Origin: Candidatus Latescibacterota bacterium
GTDB taxonomy: Bacteria; Latescibacterota; UBA2968
Assembly: GCA_965222605.1 (NCBI GenBank)
Contig: OZ244960.1
Coordinates: forward strand, 4,992,001-5,056,000
Reading direction: 5' to 3'
DNA: 64,000 nt
This document shows positions 1 to 10,618 of this stretch, in pieces (within the stretch, counting starts at the first letter, position 1; each line of letters begins with the position of its first letter). The notes under the pieces are model-generated. The model made no database searches and was not told the origin of the DNA. It saw only the letters and a list, made by a program, of their open reading frames with translations. Made by a program: the position numbers and the translations under genes.

Positions 1-1
1 C

Positions 2-979
2 CGCCTGCAAGCCCTCGAAACGCTCCCCGTGTTCAACACGCTGTACTTTGGGGGAGGCACGCCTTCGGCAATACCACCTGGGCAATTGGATCGGATTCTG
101 ACAAGTGCGAAAAATGCGATCGCTCCCGATGCAGAGATTACGGCAGAGGCCAATCCAAATGATCACAAGCACTTTGACAAATTATATGAACACGGCATCA
201 ACCGCTTGAGCCTGGGCGTGCAGGCATTTACAGATCGCGCACTCAAAGCACTCGGTCGCTTTCACACGGCATCAGATGCGACAGCGGCGTTTCAAGCCGC
301 CCGCGATGTGGGGTTTAAGAATATAAGTATCGACCTCATGTACGGCGCGCCGGGACAGACACCTGAAGAATGGGCAAAGAGTCTTCAACGAGCTATTGAC
401 CTGTATCCTGAACATATCTCCTTGTATGGTCTCACGATTGAACCCCGGACCAATTTTGCACGCCGCTTTCAAAAGGGGCAATTGAAGGTGCCGCCTGAAA
501 CCGACCAGGCCGAGATGTATATGTATGCTATTGATCAACTCGAAGCCGCTGGATACACACATTACGAAATTTCTAATTTTGCCCAACCGGGATTTGCGTC
601 GCGTCACAATCTCAATTACTGGCATGATCGCCCCTATCTGGGCGTTGGTTTGTCTGCACATTCGTATCTCGACAATCGGCGATCCTGGAATGTGCGCGAT
701 CTCGCAACTTATATGCAGCGCATTGAGGCAACCGGATTTGCAGTGGAAAGAGAGGAACAGCTCACACCGACGCAGCATCTGCTGGAACGCATTATGCTGG
801 GGTTGCGCCAGCGCCGGGGACTCCGCGCAGATTTTTTGAGCCATCCAAAAATCCACAAACAGTATATCGCGATGGCAAACCAGCACTTGCTGGAACGAAC
901 TGACAACCGCGTTCGCCTGACGCGGCGAGGTCTCTTGCTCGCCGATCTGGTATGCACCGAACTCGTTAGAGAACTATAG
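2..979 (+). CDS. hemW: Radical SAM heme chaperone HemW (5'-truncated by window edge)
   Basis: YFGGGTPS, EITAEANP, NRLSLGVQ, DLMYGAPGQT, HYEISNFA, SRHNLNYW motifs. The frame is open to the window start, so the CxxxCxxC motif lies upstream. Confidence 0.9.
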   Translation, partial: RLQALETLPVFNTLYFGGGTPSAIPPGQLDRILTSAKNAIAPDAEITAEANPNDHKHFDKLYEHGINRLSLGVQAFTDRALKALGRFHTASDATAAFQAARDVGFKNISIDLMYGAPGQTPEEWAKSLQRAIDLYPEHISLYGLTIEPRTNFARRFQKGQLKVPPETDQAEMYMYAIDQLEAAGYTHYEISNFAQPGFASRHNLNYWHDRPYLGVGLSAHSYLDNRRSWNVRDLATYMQRIEATGFAVEREEQLTPTQHLLERIMLGLRQRRGLRADFLSHPKIHKQYIAMANQHLLERTDNRVRLTRRGLLLADLVCTELVREL

Positions 980-1879
980 ATGGAATTTCGCATCCGCCTA
1001 CCCGGTTCCACTGCCAATCTTGGCCCAGGTTATGATGCCCTGGGTATGGCTTTGTCCATTTACAATTATGTCGTGGTAAAGATTCGTTCCCAACCGGGCT
1101 TGTCGTTTAGCATTGAAGGTGAAGGCAAGGGTATTTTGCCTGCTGATGAGGAGAATCTGTTCTATCGCGCCGCGCAATTCACCGCCCAACGCGCAGGCAA
1201 AACACTGCCCGGGATCGATATCCACATGCACAATACCGTGCCTCTTGCCCGGGGATTGGGTAGCAGTTCAACCGCCATTGTCGGCGGTGTTATTGCGGCT
1301 AACCGCCTCTTATGCGAACCCTTTTCCCAGACGGAGATGCTCGATATTGCCACGGCTATTGAAGGTCATCCCGACAATGTTTCGCCCTGCTTGCTCGGCG
1401 GCCTCACAGCCTCTACTATGGATGACAACCGCGTTGCCTGCGTGTGCGCTCTGCCTCCAGCAAAATTGCGCGCCGTGGTCGCCATTCCCGAATTTGAACT
1501 CAAAACCGAAGATGCTCGCAATGTCTTGCCCGACACCATTTCTCACCGTGATGCCGTTTTCAGTACAAGCCGAGCCTGCATTGTTACAGCAGCGCTGATC
1601 ACGGGAAATTTTGAGCATCTCGCTATCGGCATGCAAGACCGCTTGCATCACCCCTATCGGGCAAAACTCATTCCGGGCTTTGATCAGATACTCACAGCAG
1701 CGGTCAAAGCAGGTGCATGGGGTGCCGCGCTTTCGGGCGCGGGACCGACCCTCGTCGCGCTTACAACCCAAAATGCCGACGCTATCGGACAGGCTATGAT
1801 CGGTATTTGGGCTAAAAAAAACATACGGGCGCGTTATCAGGTCCTCGAAGTTGATCCATCGGGAGCCACAGTCACATGA
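980..1879 (+). CDS. thrB: Homoserine kinase
   Basis: STANLGPGYD, PLARGLGSS (GHMP motif), EGHPDN, LSGAGPT. Confidence 0.95.
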   Translation: MEFRIRLPGSTANLGPGYDALGMALSIYNYVVVKIRSQPGLSFSIEGEGKGILPADEENLFYRAAQFTAQRAGKTLPGIDIHMHNTVPLARGLGSSSTAIVGGVIAANRLLCEPFSQTEMLDIATAIEGHPDNVSPCLLGGLTASTMDDNRVACVCALPPAKLRAVVAIPEFELKTEDARNVLPDTISHRDAVFSTSRACIVTAALITGNFEHLAIGMQDRLHHPYRAKLIPGFDQILTAAVKAGAWGAALSGAGPTLVALTTQNADAIGQAMIGIWAKKNIRARYQVLEVDPSGATVT

Positions 1880-1908
1880 TCATCTCTATGGCATATCCGG
1901 GACGCTAT

Positions 1909-3612
1909 ATGCGTCTTTTTTATATCGCGCTCGTGGGCTTGCTCATTTTTGACTTTGCGTTTTACCCTTTGGCCGCACACGCGCAATCTCGCCGTCGCGA
2001 TTCGCGTCAGACTGAAAAAAAACCCGAACGGCGAGAACCCACCAGACCTTTTGCCGCGCCTTCTCCTGAAAAAACAGAGCAAGAAGCTACACCACTGGTT
2101 GAAATCAAAAGCATTGGCAAAGCGGCCTATGACGCGGTTATTCGCTCGGGGCGCTATATTGTCGGGCCGGGCGATGTTTTTGCCGTGGTTGTAAATAGAG
2201 GTGAAGAAATAGAAATTTTTGAAGTGCCCGTCGGCGCGAGCGGCAGTTTGCTTTTTCCGTCTATCGGCCCGGTTCCTGTTGCGTTTTTATCGCTTGCAGA
2301 AGCTGACCGGGCTATCCAATCTGCGATCAAAAAACGCTTTCATCAACTCGATATCTCCATCAGCCTCGCGCAACTCCGCACATTTCCCATCAACGTGGTA
2401 GGCGAAGTACATATACCCGGTGCCGTTGCGGTCAATGGTGTAGAACAGGCATCGCAACTCATCCTCAAAGCCGGGGGCCTTATTGACGACCCAGACCGCA
2501 GAGGTTCCAGCCGCAATATCCAGATTATGCGCCTTGACGAAAATGGACAGTGGCACAATACGGGACGCCGGGTCGATCTCGAGCTGTGGAACCGCACGGG
2601 CGACGCACAGTACAACCCCTTCATGCTCGATGGGGAACAAATCGTGGTGCCCGCTGCCAAAAGCGATTCTATCTATGTCACAGGGGCGATACAACGGCCC
2701 GGTAGTTATGAATTTGCGCCCGGCGATCGCGTGTCCGATCTCATTGTTCTGGGAAATGGCTTGCGCGCCCATTCCCCACCAAAGCGCGCCCACCTTTTGC
2801 GCCTGTCAAAAGATGGCGAGTGGGCACCCATAGTTATTGACCTCCCGCGCGCCCTCGCAGATGATCCCGAGGCCAACATCCCCGTGCAAATAGGTGATAA
2901 ACTCTATGTTATTGGCGAAACAAAGCGGGTTTACGTCGAAGGTGAGGTAAAATTCCCCGGTCCTTTTCCCTTGAAGGAGGGGCTTCGTCTCAAAGAATTA
3001 TTACAACAGGCTGAACTCACACCCGAAGCGTCCGTGGTCCAGGCGTCTCTTATTCGCAAAGTCAATTATGAAGAGACCGCAACGGAAGACGATCCCACGC
3101 TCGACCGGTTGCTCGACATTGACCGCGTACAGCGCACCGACGCCGAAGAAGCCCTCATTACCCTCAAAACTCAGCAGCTTTCGGGGCGTTTGCCCATTGA
3201 TTTTGTGGCTCTCCTCGCCGGTAGCGAGCGGCACAATATTCTCCTGCAAGATGGCGATGTCATTCGCATTCCGCGATTTGTACCTTCTGTGCGCGTGACA
3301 GGTGCGGTCGTTGCACCTGCAAATATTCCATACGATGCGGCGCTTACGGTTGGCGGTTATATTGATCTTGCCGGTGGTTTTAACACGCGTGCAAAACGAA
3401 AAGATATCATCATTGTCGAGGGCAATACGGGCAACGCTATACGCGCTACGGCAGAATCGCTCGTGCGTCCCGGCGACGCGATTTTTGTCCCCCCGCGAGA
3501 AATCGTGCCCGGGCAGGGTTATCGCATTTTGAGAGAAGCTATTGCAATGGTAGGTGCTGTTGCATCGATTGTTCTGACCATTACGGTGATTAACCGCGAA
3601 CGCGGGCAGTGA
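1909..3612 (+). CDS. SLBB-repeat polysaccharide export protein (Wza/KpsD-like)
   Basis: Signal peptide ending AHA, Y-x-VGPGD poly_export motif, and repeated V-x-G-x-V-x-x-PG SLBB units. Start taken at ATG 1909; the ORF is open from 1876. Confidence 0.85.
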   Translation: MRLFYIALVGLLIFDFAFYPLAAHAQSRRRDSRQTEKKPERREPTRPFAAPSPEKTEQEATPLVEIKSIGKAAYDAVIRSGRYIVGPGDVFAVVVNRGEEIEIFEVPVGASGSLLFPSIGPVPVAFLSLAEADRAIQSAIKKRFHQLDISISLAQLRTFPINVVGEVHIPGAVAVNGVEQASQLILKAGGLIDDPDRRGSSRNIQIMRLDENGQWHNTGRRVDLELWNRTGDAQYNPFMLDGEQIVVPAAKSDSIYVTGAIQRPGSYEFAPGDRVSDLIVLGNGLRAHSPPKRAHLLRLSKDGEWAPIVIDLPRALADDPEANIPVQIGDKLYVIGETKRVYVEGEVKFPGPFPLKEGLRLKELLQQAELTPEASVVQASLIRKVNYEETATEDDPTLDRLLDIDRVQRTDAEEALITLKTQQLSGRLPIDFVALLAGSERHNILLQDGDVIRIPRFVPSVRVTGAVVAPANIPYDAALTVGGYIDLAGGFNTRAKRKDIIIVEGNTGNAIRATAESLVRPGDAIFVPPREIVPGQGYRILREAIAMVGAVASIVLTITVINRERGQ

Positions 3613-3614
3613 CT

Positions 3615-4796
3615 ATGGAATCTGAACGCAATATCCTCGATCATATTTACGTGCTCGTGCGCTGGCGGCGCATGATTCTCACGTGTTTTTTTGCCGTCGC
3701 GCTGGTGACGGCGGGCATTTCTCTAATCTTGCCCAAGGCCTACCGCGCTTATGCCAGAGTTTATCCTCCACAAGATACCGGCGGTGGCTTAGGGGGGCTA
3801 TCTAATCTTTTGCAAGAACTGCCTCTCAATTTGATGGGACTGGGCGGTGCGGCCGTATCTGCCACAGAATTTGTCCCGGTCATTGAAAGCGAAAGCGTGC
3901 GCCTATCTGTTGCAGAGCACTTTGATCTCGCCACGCGCTATGGTGCCAGCCATCAAAGCGAATTGCTCGACATGATATCCAATCGCCTGCAAGTCGAGCT
4001 CTCGCGCGAGCAATTTCTCACGATTTCCTACGAAGCCGACACCCCAGAACTGGCGGCAGAATTGACCAATGCTTTTGTTGAAGAACTCGAAAACGCGCTT
4101 GAACGACGCAATAAAAACAAAATGCGTACCTATCTGGTCTATCTCACAGAGCGGCTCAAAGAAGCCGAACAGGATATGCTCGAAGCCGAACGGCGCTATC
4201 GGGATTTTCAGAACGAGCACATGGTATTAGACGTTGAAACCCAGGCCAAAACACAGTTGGAAATATCTTCCCCTCTCACCGGCTCGCTGGCAGAACTGAT
4301 TATCAAGCGCGATGTCCAATCACGACTGATGACCGCAGACAATCCCGAACTAAAAAAACTCGATATGGAAATCCAGACCACACGCGAGGTGCTCGACGAT
4401 CTGATTATGGGCCAATTTCCCGATAGTCTGCACAAGGGCGATTCGGGCGGACAATTGCCAGAGATTTTCAAACCCTTTCGACAATTGCCCGAATTGGGCC
4501 TGACCGCAGTGGCACTCATCCGCGATATTCAAATACAGAATGCCATCTATCAGTTTATCAAACAAGAGTACGAAAAAACGCGATTTGAAGATGGAAAAGG
4601 CACGCAGGTGGTCACTGTCCTGGATTATGCGCGACCTCCTGATACGCGCAGCTATCCGCGCCGCAGTCTCATGGTCGCCATTGCGGGGGGCCTCAGCCTG
4701 ATATTGAGTTGCTTGTTTGCCTTTGTATTTGAAGCTCTGAGAAATCTGACCCCGGAGAATCGGGCCAAACTCGATGCCATATCAGAGGAATTGTGA
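3615..4796 (+). CDS. Polysaccharide chain-length determinant (Wzz/GNVR family)
   Basis: N- and C-terminal TM helices, coiled-coil middle, and VLDYARPPDTRSYPRR proline motif. No tyrosine-kinase domain. Confidence 0.85.
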   Translation: MESERNILDHIYVLVRWRRMILTCFFAVALVTAGISLILPKAYRAYARVYPPQDTGGGLGGLSNLLQELPLNLMGLGGAAVSATEFVPVIESESVRLSVAEHFDLATRYGASHQSELLDMISNRLQVELSREQFLTISYEADTPELAAELTNAFVEELENALERRNKNKMRTYLVYLTERLKEAEQDMLEAERRYRDFQNEHMVLDVETQAKTQLEISSPLTGSLAELIIKRDVQSRLMTADNPELKKLDMEIQTTREVLDDLIMGQFPDSLHKGDSGGQLPEIFKPFRQLPELGLTAVALIRDIQIQNAIYQFIKQEYEKTRFEDGKGTQVVTVLDYARPPDTRSYPRRSLMVAIAGGLSLILSCLFAFVFEALRNLTPENRAKLDAISEEL

Positions 4797-4813
4797 GTAA
4801 GCGAGGTATTTCC

Positions 4814-5869
4814 ATGTCTGAAAACCCGAATACAATGCAAAAATTGTCCCGAGGTTCTACAATTTTTACTACCACAGTTGGGTCTTATCCGCTACCTGAC
4901 TGGCTCGTGGCAGCACCGAGTGAAACTGCTGTTGTGGATGCCACGCGCGTTATTTTTGATACGCAGCGTCAAGCTGGGATTGATCTGCCCACCGATGGCG
5001 AACTCTATCGTTTTGACATCAACCATCCCGAGACCAATGGCATGATCGAATATTTTGTGCGCCCTATGGGTGGTACGCGCGCCGATTTTGGACGCACTGA
5101 GGTCGAGGCATTTCGCCAACGACAATCCATGGACTTTCGCGCTAAACCCGCTGCTGTTGTCGATGACGCGCTCTCAGAGGGTTCGCTCGACCTGTTATCC
5201 GACTGTTTGCGCGCAGCAACCGTCGCAGGTGGCCCCTTCAAATTTACGCTTACCAGCCCCTATATGCTTGCCCGCACCTTGCTCGACAATTACTACGGCG
5301 ATTTTGAAGCCCTGCTCATGGGGGTGGCCGATGCGTTGGCCGATCAGGTGCGCGGCCTGCCATGCGCCTGTGTACAGGTCGATGAAGCCAATATTCCGGG
5401 TAACCCTGAAGACGGACCTATCGCAGCGAAGGCGATTAATACGGTACTCGATGCGATTGATCCCGATACTGAAAGAGCTGTTCACTTTTGTTTTGGGAAT
5501 TACGGTGGGCAAACCATCCAACGCGGTACATGGCGTGCACTCATTGATTTTCTCAACGATCTGCACACCGATCACCTCGTGCTCGAACTCGCCCATCGCC
5601 CTGATGATGATCTGGTTGCTCTGAAAGAAATTGATCCGCGCATCAAACTCGGCATTGGCGTGGTTGACATCAAAATCAATCACGTTGAAACTGCCGAACA
5701 GATTGCCCGGCGCCTCGATCACGCCGAAAAAGAACTCGGCCCGGGGCGCATCGCATTTATTCATCCCGATTGCGGGTTCTGGATGCTCAAACGCTCGGTA
5801 GCCGACCTCAAGATCACAGTCCTCGCACAGGGCAGAGATCTCTATTTGGGGAAAGCAACCACAGCATAG
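4814..5869 (+). CDS. Cobalamin-independent methionine synthase II family protein (catalytic barrel only)
   Basis: TTTVGSYP, TDGE, VQVDEA, Zn ligands HFCFGNY and PDCGF. GAGGT SD precedes ATG 4814. Confidence 0.85.
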   Translation: MSENPNTMQKLSRGSTIFTTTVGSYPLPDWLVAAPSETAVVDATRVIFDTQRQAGIDLPTDGELYRFDINHPETNGMIEYFVRPMGGTRADFGRTEVEAFRQRQSMDFRAKPAAVVDDALSEGSLDLLSDCLRAATVAGGPFKFTLTSPYMLARTLLDNYYGDFEALLMGVADALADQVRGLPCACVQVDEANIPGNPEDGPIAAKAINTVLDAIDPDTERAVHFCFGNYGGQTIQRGTWRALIDFLNDLHTDHLVLELAHRPDDDLVALKEIDPRIKLGIGVVDIKINHVETAEQIARRLDHAEKELGPGRIAFIHPDCGFWMLKRSVADLKITVLAQGRDLYLGKATTA

Positions 5870-5899
5870 GCAGTTGTATCCCGCCCTGTACATTCTATC

Positions 5900-8800
5900 A
5901 TGCGCTATATTCTTATATTTTTTTTTAATCTCCTGATCTGGGGATTATCAACAGATGTTTTCGCTCAGGCACGCGGTACGATTGTTACCATTGCCGGTGG
6001 TGGTTTGGAAGATGGCGATAATATACTGGCAACGGATGTTGTGCTCAATCGCCCGCTCGGAATTGCGCTCGATACACGAGGCAATCTCTATATCGCGGAT
6101 ACGGATAATCACCGCATTCGACGGGTGGATGCGATAACGGGTATCATCACTGCGGTTGCGGGTACTGGGGAGCCGGGATTCTCGGGCGATGGCGGGCCAG
6201 CGACAAGTGCATTGCTCAATACCCCCAATGCTATTGCGGTCGATAGCGCGGGTAATATTTATATCAGCAGTGGTGGTGCGAGTGAAGGTGATGTTCACAA
6301 TCGGCGCATTCGGCGTATTGATGCTTTCGGTACCATCACTACGGTCGCGGGTACGGGCGAAGGTGGTTTCAATGATTTGGTACCCGCACTACAAGCCACG
6401 TTCCACGAAATTGTTGCACTGACGATGTTGGGTGATATAGCTCTTTTAATCTCCGATGGTCTCGATGAGAATGGACAGGGCAACAATCGCGTGCGGCAAT
6501 TCAATCTGGCGAATAATACCATAGGCACAATCGCAGGCAATGGCAGTGTTCAGGCGTCGAATATTCAGGATGGCGGGTTGGCAAGTCGGGCGGGTTTAAC
6601 TCCTGAGCAATTGGCTGTGACGGGCAATGGCGATCTTTTGATTGCCGATTTTAACAATGGACGCATTCGCCGCATTAGCAGGACAACGCGAGATACAACT
6701 GTTGTTGTCGTGATCAATACTGTAGCCGGGCGGGGAGCGACCTCTTCGGAAAATCTGTCAGAAGATCTCTACAAGGGCGATGGTGGGTTGGCGACAAGTG
6801 CTTTATTTTTTTCTCCTTCGGGCGTTGCTGTCGATGAAGCTGGCAATATCTATATCGGCGATACGGGCAATAATCGCATTCGCGTGGTCGAAGCGGAAAC
6901 GGGCAATGTGTTGACTATCGCGGGAACGGGTATTGCAGGCGCGGGGCCTGAAGGTACACTCGGTCTTCTGTCTGATCTGGGGCAGCCCACGCACTTGCTG
7001 ATTGATGGTAATGGGGACTTCATATTTATTGATTCTTTCAACAATCGCATCCGCAAACTGCGTGAACCCGCGTTCCGAATGCCTCTTTTCAATGCTATCT
7101 CCACGGATATCATCTTTGGCAGGGTTAGCGTTGGCGATCCCGCTGTGCGCAGTTTGCGCGTTGAAAATCGAGGCAATTTGTCTGTTCGCATTGAAACAGC
7201 TATTTCCAGTAACCCCAGGTTTCGCGTTTTGTCGGAATTGCCCTTTGAAGTCGGTATCGCACAAATCGCTGAAATTGAGATTGTATTTGATCCTGTGCAA
7301 ACAGGTGTGGCAAAAGGTGTTATCACTATTGCCACCAGTGACTCGCGCACACCTTCTGCCACGGTCAATGTGCAGGGATGGGGAGATGCCGCCAATATTG
7401 GACTCTTTCCATCCGATGTTTTAGTTTTTGATCGCACCTCCATTGGACAATCTCAAATATTGTCGGTACGCATTTCCAATCTTGGTGCCGGCGTGCTGGT
7501 CGTTCCCAATGTCACTACGACCGACTCGCAATTTGTTGTCGAACAAACCGATGTCCTTCGCATTGAATCCGGACAAAGCCAGCAACTTCCCATTATCTTC
7601 CGCCCGCAGTCCGAAGATCTCCAACAAGCTGTGCTGACCATTTTTAGCAACGCGCCAGAAAACCCTACTGTTAGACTTCAATTGCAGGGCATTGGGCAAA
7701 GTGCCCAGCCCAGCGGATTTGTCGATGTGGCACACAACACGAGTTTGGGAGACACGGGTGCGGGATTTGGCGCAGCCTGGACAGATTTTGACAACGATAA
7801 TGATCCCGATCTCTATCTCGTACGCAGCAAAGAACCCAATCGCTTATATCGCAATGACGGTGTGGGATTCACAGATATTGCGTCCGCTCTGGGTGTTGAC
7901 GATTCCGGCGATGGTAGCGCGGGGATATGGGGTGATGTGGATGGCGATGGGGATCTCGATCTTTACGTCACCAACTTTGGCGAATCCAATCGCTTATATC
8001 GCAATGACGGTGTGGGATTCACAGATATTGCCGCCACTTTTGGGGTTGACGACTCCGGAGATGGGTATGGCGCGGCATGGGCAGATTATGATCGCGATGG
8101 TGATCTCGACCTTTATGTTGCCAATTTTGGCGCAAACCGCTTTTACCAGAATAATGGCAATGGCTTTTCTGAGCGTGCTGACGACCTGGGTATAGGCGAT
8201 ATAGAAAGTGGGATTCAACCCACCTGGGGCGATTTCGATAATGATGGGGACCCCGATTTGTTTTTGGCGAATAGCGGACCCAACCGCCTTTTTCGCAATG
8301 ACGGCGAGCAATTCACGTCTGTAGAAAATGTTTTTAGCCCGGTTGATACCGGGCCGAGTTTTGGCGCGACCTGGGGGGATTTCGACAACGATGGGGATCT
8401 CGATCTGTTTATCCCTTATTTTGGCGCGGATAATAGATTTTATACAAACGAAGGGAATGGCGTGTTCAGAGATCGCGCGCCGGAGATGATGCTCAATCAC
8501 GATGGGCGAGGTAGAGGCGCGGTATGGGGAGATTTTGATAGCGATGGTTTTCTCGATCTCTATGTGACCAATAGCGGTCAGCCCAATTTGTATTACCAAA
8601 ATGAGGATGGGCGTTTTGTAGAGATGTCCGACTCTTTGGGCGTTGCCCTGAATGCCGATAGCCGCGGTGTTGCCCTTGCCGATTACGACAACGACGGAAA
8701 ACTCGATTTGTATGTCGCAGTGCAAGATGGCCCCGATGCTCTCTTTCGCAATCGCGAGGCGGATGGCAACTGGATCGCAATTCGGCTTCGCGGCACAGAT

Positions 8801-10603
8801 AGCAGCACCGATGCGATTGGTACGCGCCTCAAAATTGAGTTCAAAGATGAGGATGGCAAAAATCGCCACGCCATTCGAGAAATTACAGGCGGCGCTTCTT
8901 TTTTGTCACAGAACGCGCTCTTGCCCATATTTGGCGTGGGCAAAGCCGAAAAAATCGAAGTGCTCTCCCTGCGCTGGCCCAGTGGTATAGTGCAGCAATT
9001 TCGCAGCGATAGAGACGATTTATCGGTCAATCGCGTTATAGATATCACCGAGCAATCGCCTCTGCCCCCTGCTCGCGTCCTTTTGTTTGCAGATGTGAAC
9101 AATCTGCTGGCCAATGGTATCTCCGAAATAGAACTCACCGCACAGATCGTCACGATAGATAACAGACCTTTGCCCACCAGCGACCAGGCGGTTAAATTCC
9201 GCATTGAGAGCGGTAGTGGTCTCATTATTTCTTCTGAGAGGTCAGAACCGGCGAGCGGAGATTCCGTCGCGGTGCGCGATGGCGTGGCGTATGCGCGTTT
9301 TCGAGCAGGGCAAGATCAGGGCCGCGTCATCATTATTGCCGAAAGTGCGGGCCTGGAATCCGGGCGCGTTGAGATAGAACTCATCAAACCTTTTGCAGAA
9401 GATGCTCTGACTATGCGTACTGTCGCCGGTTCGGGGGATGAGATCGGTGGATTTCAAGGCGATGGCAGCGCAGCTATCGAGGCACGTCTTCAGCGACCAC
9501 AAGACGTATTGGTCGATTCGTCGGGCAATATTTATATCGCGGACACGGAAAACTACCGCATTCGCCTCGTGAGTGTGGAAACTGGTATTATCCAGACTAT
9601 TGCGGGGACAGGAGAAGCGGAAGATATTGATACGCCTCGAGGTATGGTTTTTCAGGGCGATTTGTTGATCAGCCAGATGGGCAATCACGTTGTGAGCAAG
9701 GTGCAAGATGAGGTGTTGTTCGCCTTTGCCGGAATTGGAATCGGTCAGTTTGGGGGCGATGGGAGACGTGCTTTGGACGCCAATTTGAGAAGTCCCACAG
9801 GGCTTGCCATTGACCCGCGTGGGAATGTCTATATCGCCGATACGGATAATCACCGCATTCGCAAAGTCGATTCCCGCGGTATTATTACGACGGTTGTAGG
9901 CAGTGGCGATCCAGATCAGGGAGCATTTTTTGGCGATGGCGGCGCGGGTACACAGGCGCGTTTAAATCGCCCCAGTGCAATCGCCATTGACCAGAGTGGT
10001 AATATCTATATCGCCGATACAGATAATCACCGCATTCGCAAAGTCGATTCCCGCGGTGTGATCACGACTATTGCGGGAACGGGACAGAATGGATTTTCTG
10101 GCGATGGCGGCGCGGGTACACAGGCGCAACTCAATTCTCCGCAGGGCATTGCCGTTGATGCTCGAGGATATCTTTTTATTGCCGATACGAATAATCACCG
10201 CATTCGCTTGCTCGATTTGAACAGCGGTCTGATACAGACTGTCGCGGGCACGGGGTTGGGGCAGCTCGATTTTGAAGAAGGCGGTGCCCGCGACATAAGT
10301 CTCAACGCCCCGCATGGATTGGCTCTCAGTCCAACGGGCACTCTGCTGATTGCAGATGCGGCAAATCACAGAATACGAGAATTGTCTATTTCCTTTGATT
10401 TGGCTCTTGCTCCACCTGCTGTTCCTCGGGCAAAATCCTACGATTTCAATGCCGATGGCCGGTTCGATTTTAACGATTTTCGGATCTTTGTCCGTGCTTT
10501 TGACTCTGCTGATACGCGCTTTGATTTTAATGCCGATGGCCGGGTTGGATTCGACGATTTTCTGCACTTTGCCAGGGTTTATGAAGTGAGAAGTGTGAAG
10601 TAG
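5900..10603 (+). CDS. Large secreted protein: NHL propeller, two Ig-like (ASH-type) domains, FG-GAP/CRTAC1 repeats, ASPIC/UnbV, Big-1-like, NHL propeller, C-terminal dockerin/EF-hand-like pair
   Basis: Signal peptide; YIADTDNHRIR NHL repeats; WGDFDNDGDLDLYV repeats; C-terminal DFNADGRFDFNDF and DFNADGRVGFDDF. Confidence 0.85.
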   Translation: MRYILIFFFNLLIWGLSTDVFAQARGTIVTIAGGGLEDGDNILATDVVLNRPLGIALDTRGNLYIADTDNHRIRRVDAITGIITAVAGTGEPGFSGDGGPATSALLNTPNAIAVDSAGNIYISSGGASEGDVHNRRIRRIDAFGTITTVAGTGEGGFNDLVPALQATFHEIVALTMLGDIALLISDGLDENGQGNNRVRQFNLANNTIGTIAGNGSVQASNIQDGGLASRAGLTPEQLAVTGNGDLLIADFNNGRIRRISRTTRDTTVVVVINTVAGRGATSSENLSEDLYKGDGGLATSALFFSPSGVAVDEAGNIYIGDTGNNRIRVVEAETGNVLTIAGTGIAGAGPEGTLGLLSDLGQPTHLLIDGNGDFIFIDSFNNRIRKLREPAFRMPLFNAISTDIIFGRVSVGDPAVRSLRVENRGNLSVRIETAISSNPRFRVLSELPFEVGIAQIAEIEIVFDPVQTGVAKGVITIATSDSRTPSATVNVQGWGDAANIGLFPSDVLVFDRTSIGQSQILSVRISNLGAGVLVVPNVTTTDSQFVVEQTDVLRIESGQSQQLPIIFRPQSEDLQQAVLTIFSNAPENPTVRLQLQGIGQSAQPSGFVDVAHNTSLGDTGAGFGAAWTDFDNDNDPDLYLVRSKEPNRLYRNDGVGFTDIASALGVDDSGDGSAGIWGDVDGDGDLDLYVTNFGESNRLYRNDGVGFTDIAATFGVDDSGDGYGAAWADYDRDGDLDLYVANFGANRFYQNNGNGFSERADDLGIGDIESGIQPTWGDFDNDGDPDLFLANSGPNRLFRNDGEQFTSVENVFSPVDTGPSFGATWGDFDNDGDLDLFIPYFGADNRFYTNEGNGVFRDRAPEMMLNHDGRGRGAVWGDFDSDGFLDLYVTNSGQPNLYYQNEDGRFVEMSDSLGVALNADSRGVALADYDNDGKLDLYVAVQDGPDALFRNREADGNWIAIRLRGTDSSTDAIGTRLKIEFKDEDGKNRHAIREITGGASFLSQNALLPIFGVGKAEKIEVLSLRWPSGIVQQFRSDRDDLSVNRVIDITEQSPLPPARVLLFADVNNLLANGISEIELTAQIVTIDNRPLPTSDQAVKFRIESGSGLIISSERSEPASGDSVAVRDGVAYARFRAGQDQGRVIIIAESAGLESGRVEIELIKPFAEDALTMRTVAGSGDEIGGFQGDGSAAIEARLQRPQDVLVDSSGNIYIADTENYRIRLVSVETGIIQTIAGTGEAEDIDTPRGMVFQGDLLISQMGNHVVSKVQDEVLFAFAGIGIGQFGGDGRRALDANLRSPTGLAIDPRGNVYIADTDNHRIRKVDSRGIITTVVGSGDPDQGAFFGDGGAGTQARLNRPSAIAIDQSGNIYIADTDNHRIRKVDSRGVITTIAGTGQNGFSGDGGAGTQAQLNSPQGIAVDARGYLFIADTNNHRIRLLDLNSGLIQTVAGTGLGQLDFEEGGARDISLNAPHGLALSPTGTLLIADAANHRIRELSISFDLALAPPAVPRAKSYDFNADGRFDFNDFRIFVRAFDSADTRFDFNADGRVGFDDFLHFARVYEVRSVK
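7836..8031 (+). repeat. Exact 46-bp intragenic direct repeat (7836-7881 and 7986-8031)
   Basis: CCAATCGCTTATATCGCAATGACGGTGTGGGATTCACAGATATTGC occurs twice, offset 150 bp. Confidence 0.9.
9828..10057 (+). repeat. Near-exact 53-bp intragenic direct repeat (9828-9880 and 10005-10057)
   Basis: TCTATATCGCCGATAC(G/A)GATAATCACCGCATTCGCAAAGTCGATTCCCGCGGT, offset 177 bp, one mismatch. Confidence 0.9.
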
Positions 10604-10611
10604 GAAGTAGG
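10584..10611 (+). repeat. Heptamer tandem repeat overlapping the stop codon
   Basis: AAGTGAG AAGTGTG AAGTAGG AAGTAGG. Confidence 0.75.
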
Positions 10612-10618
10612 TTGGTCA

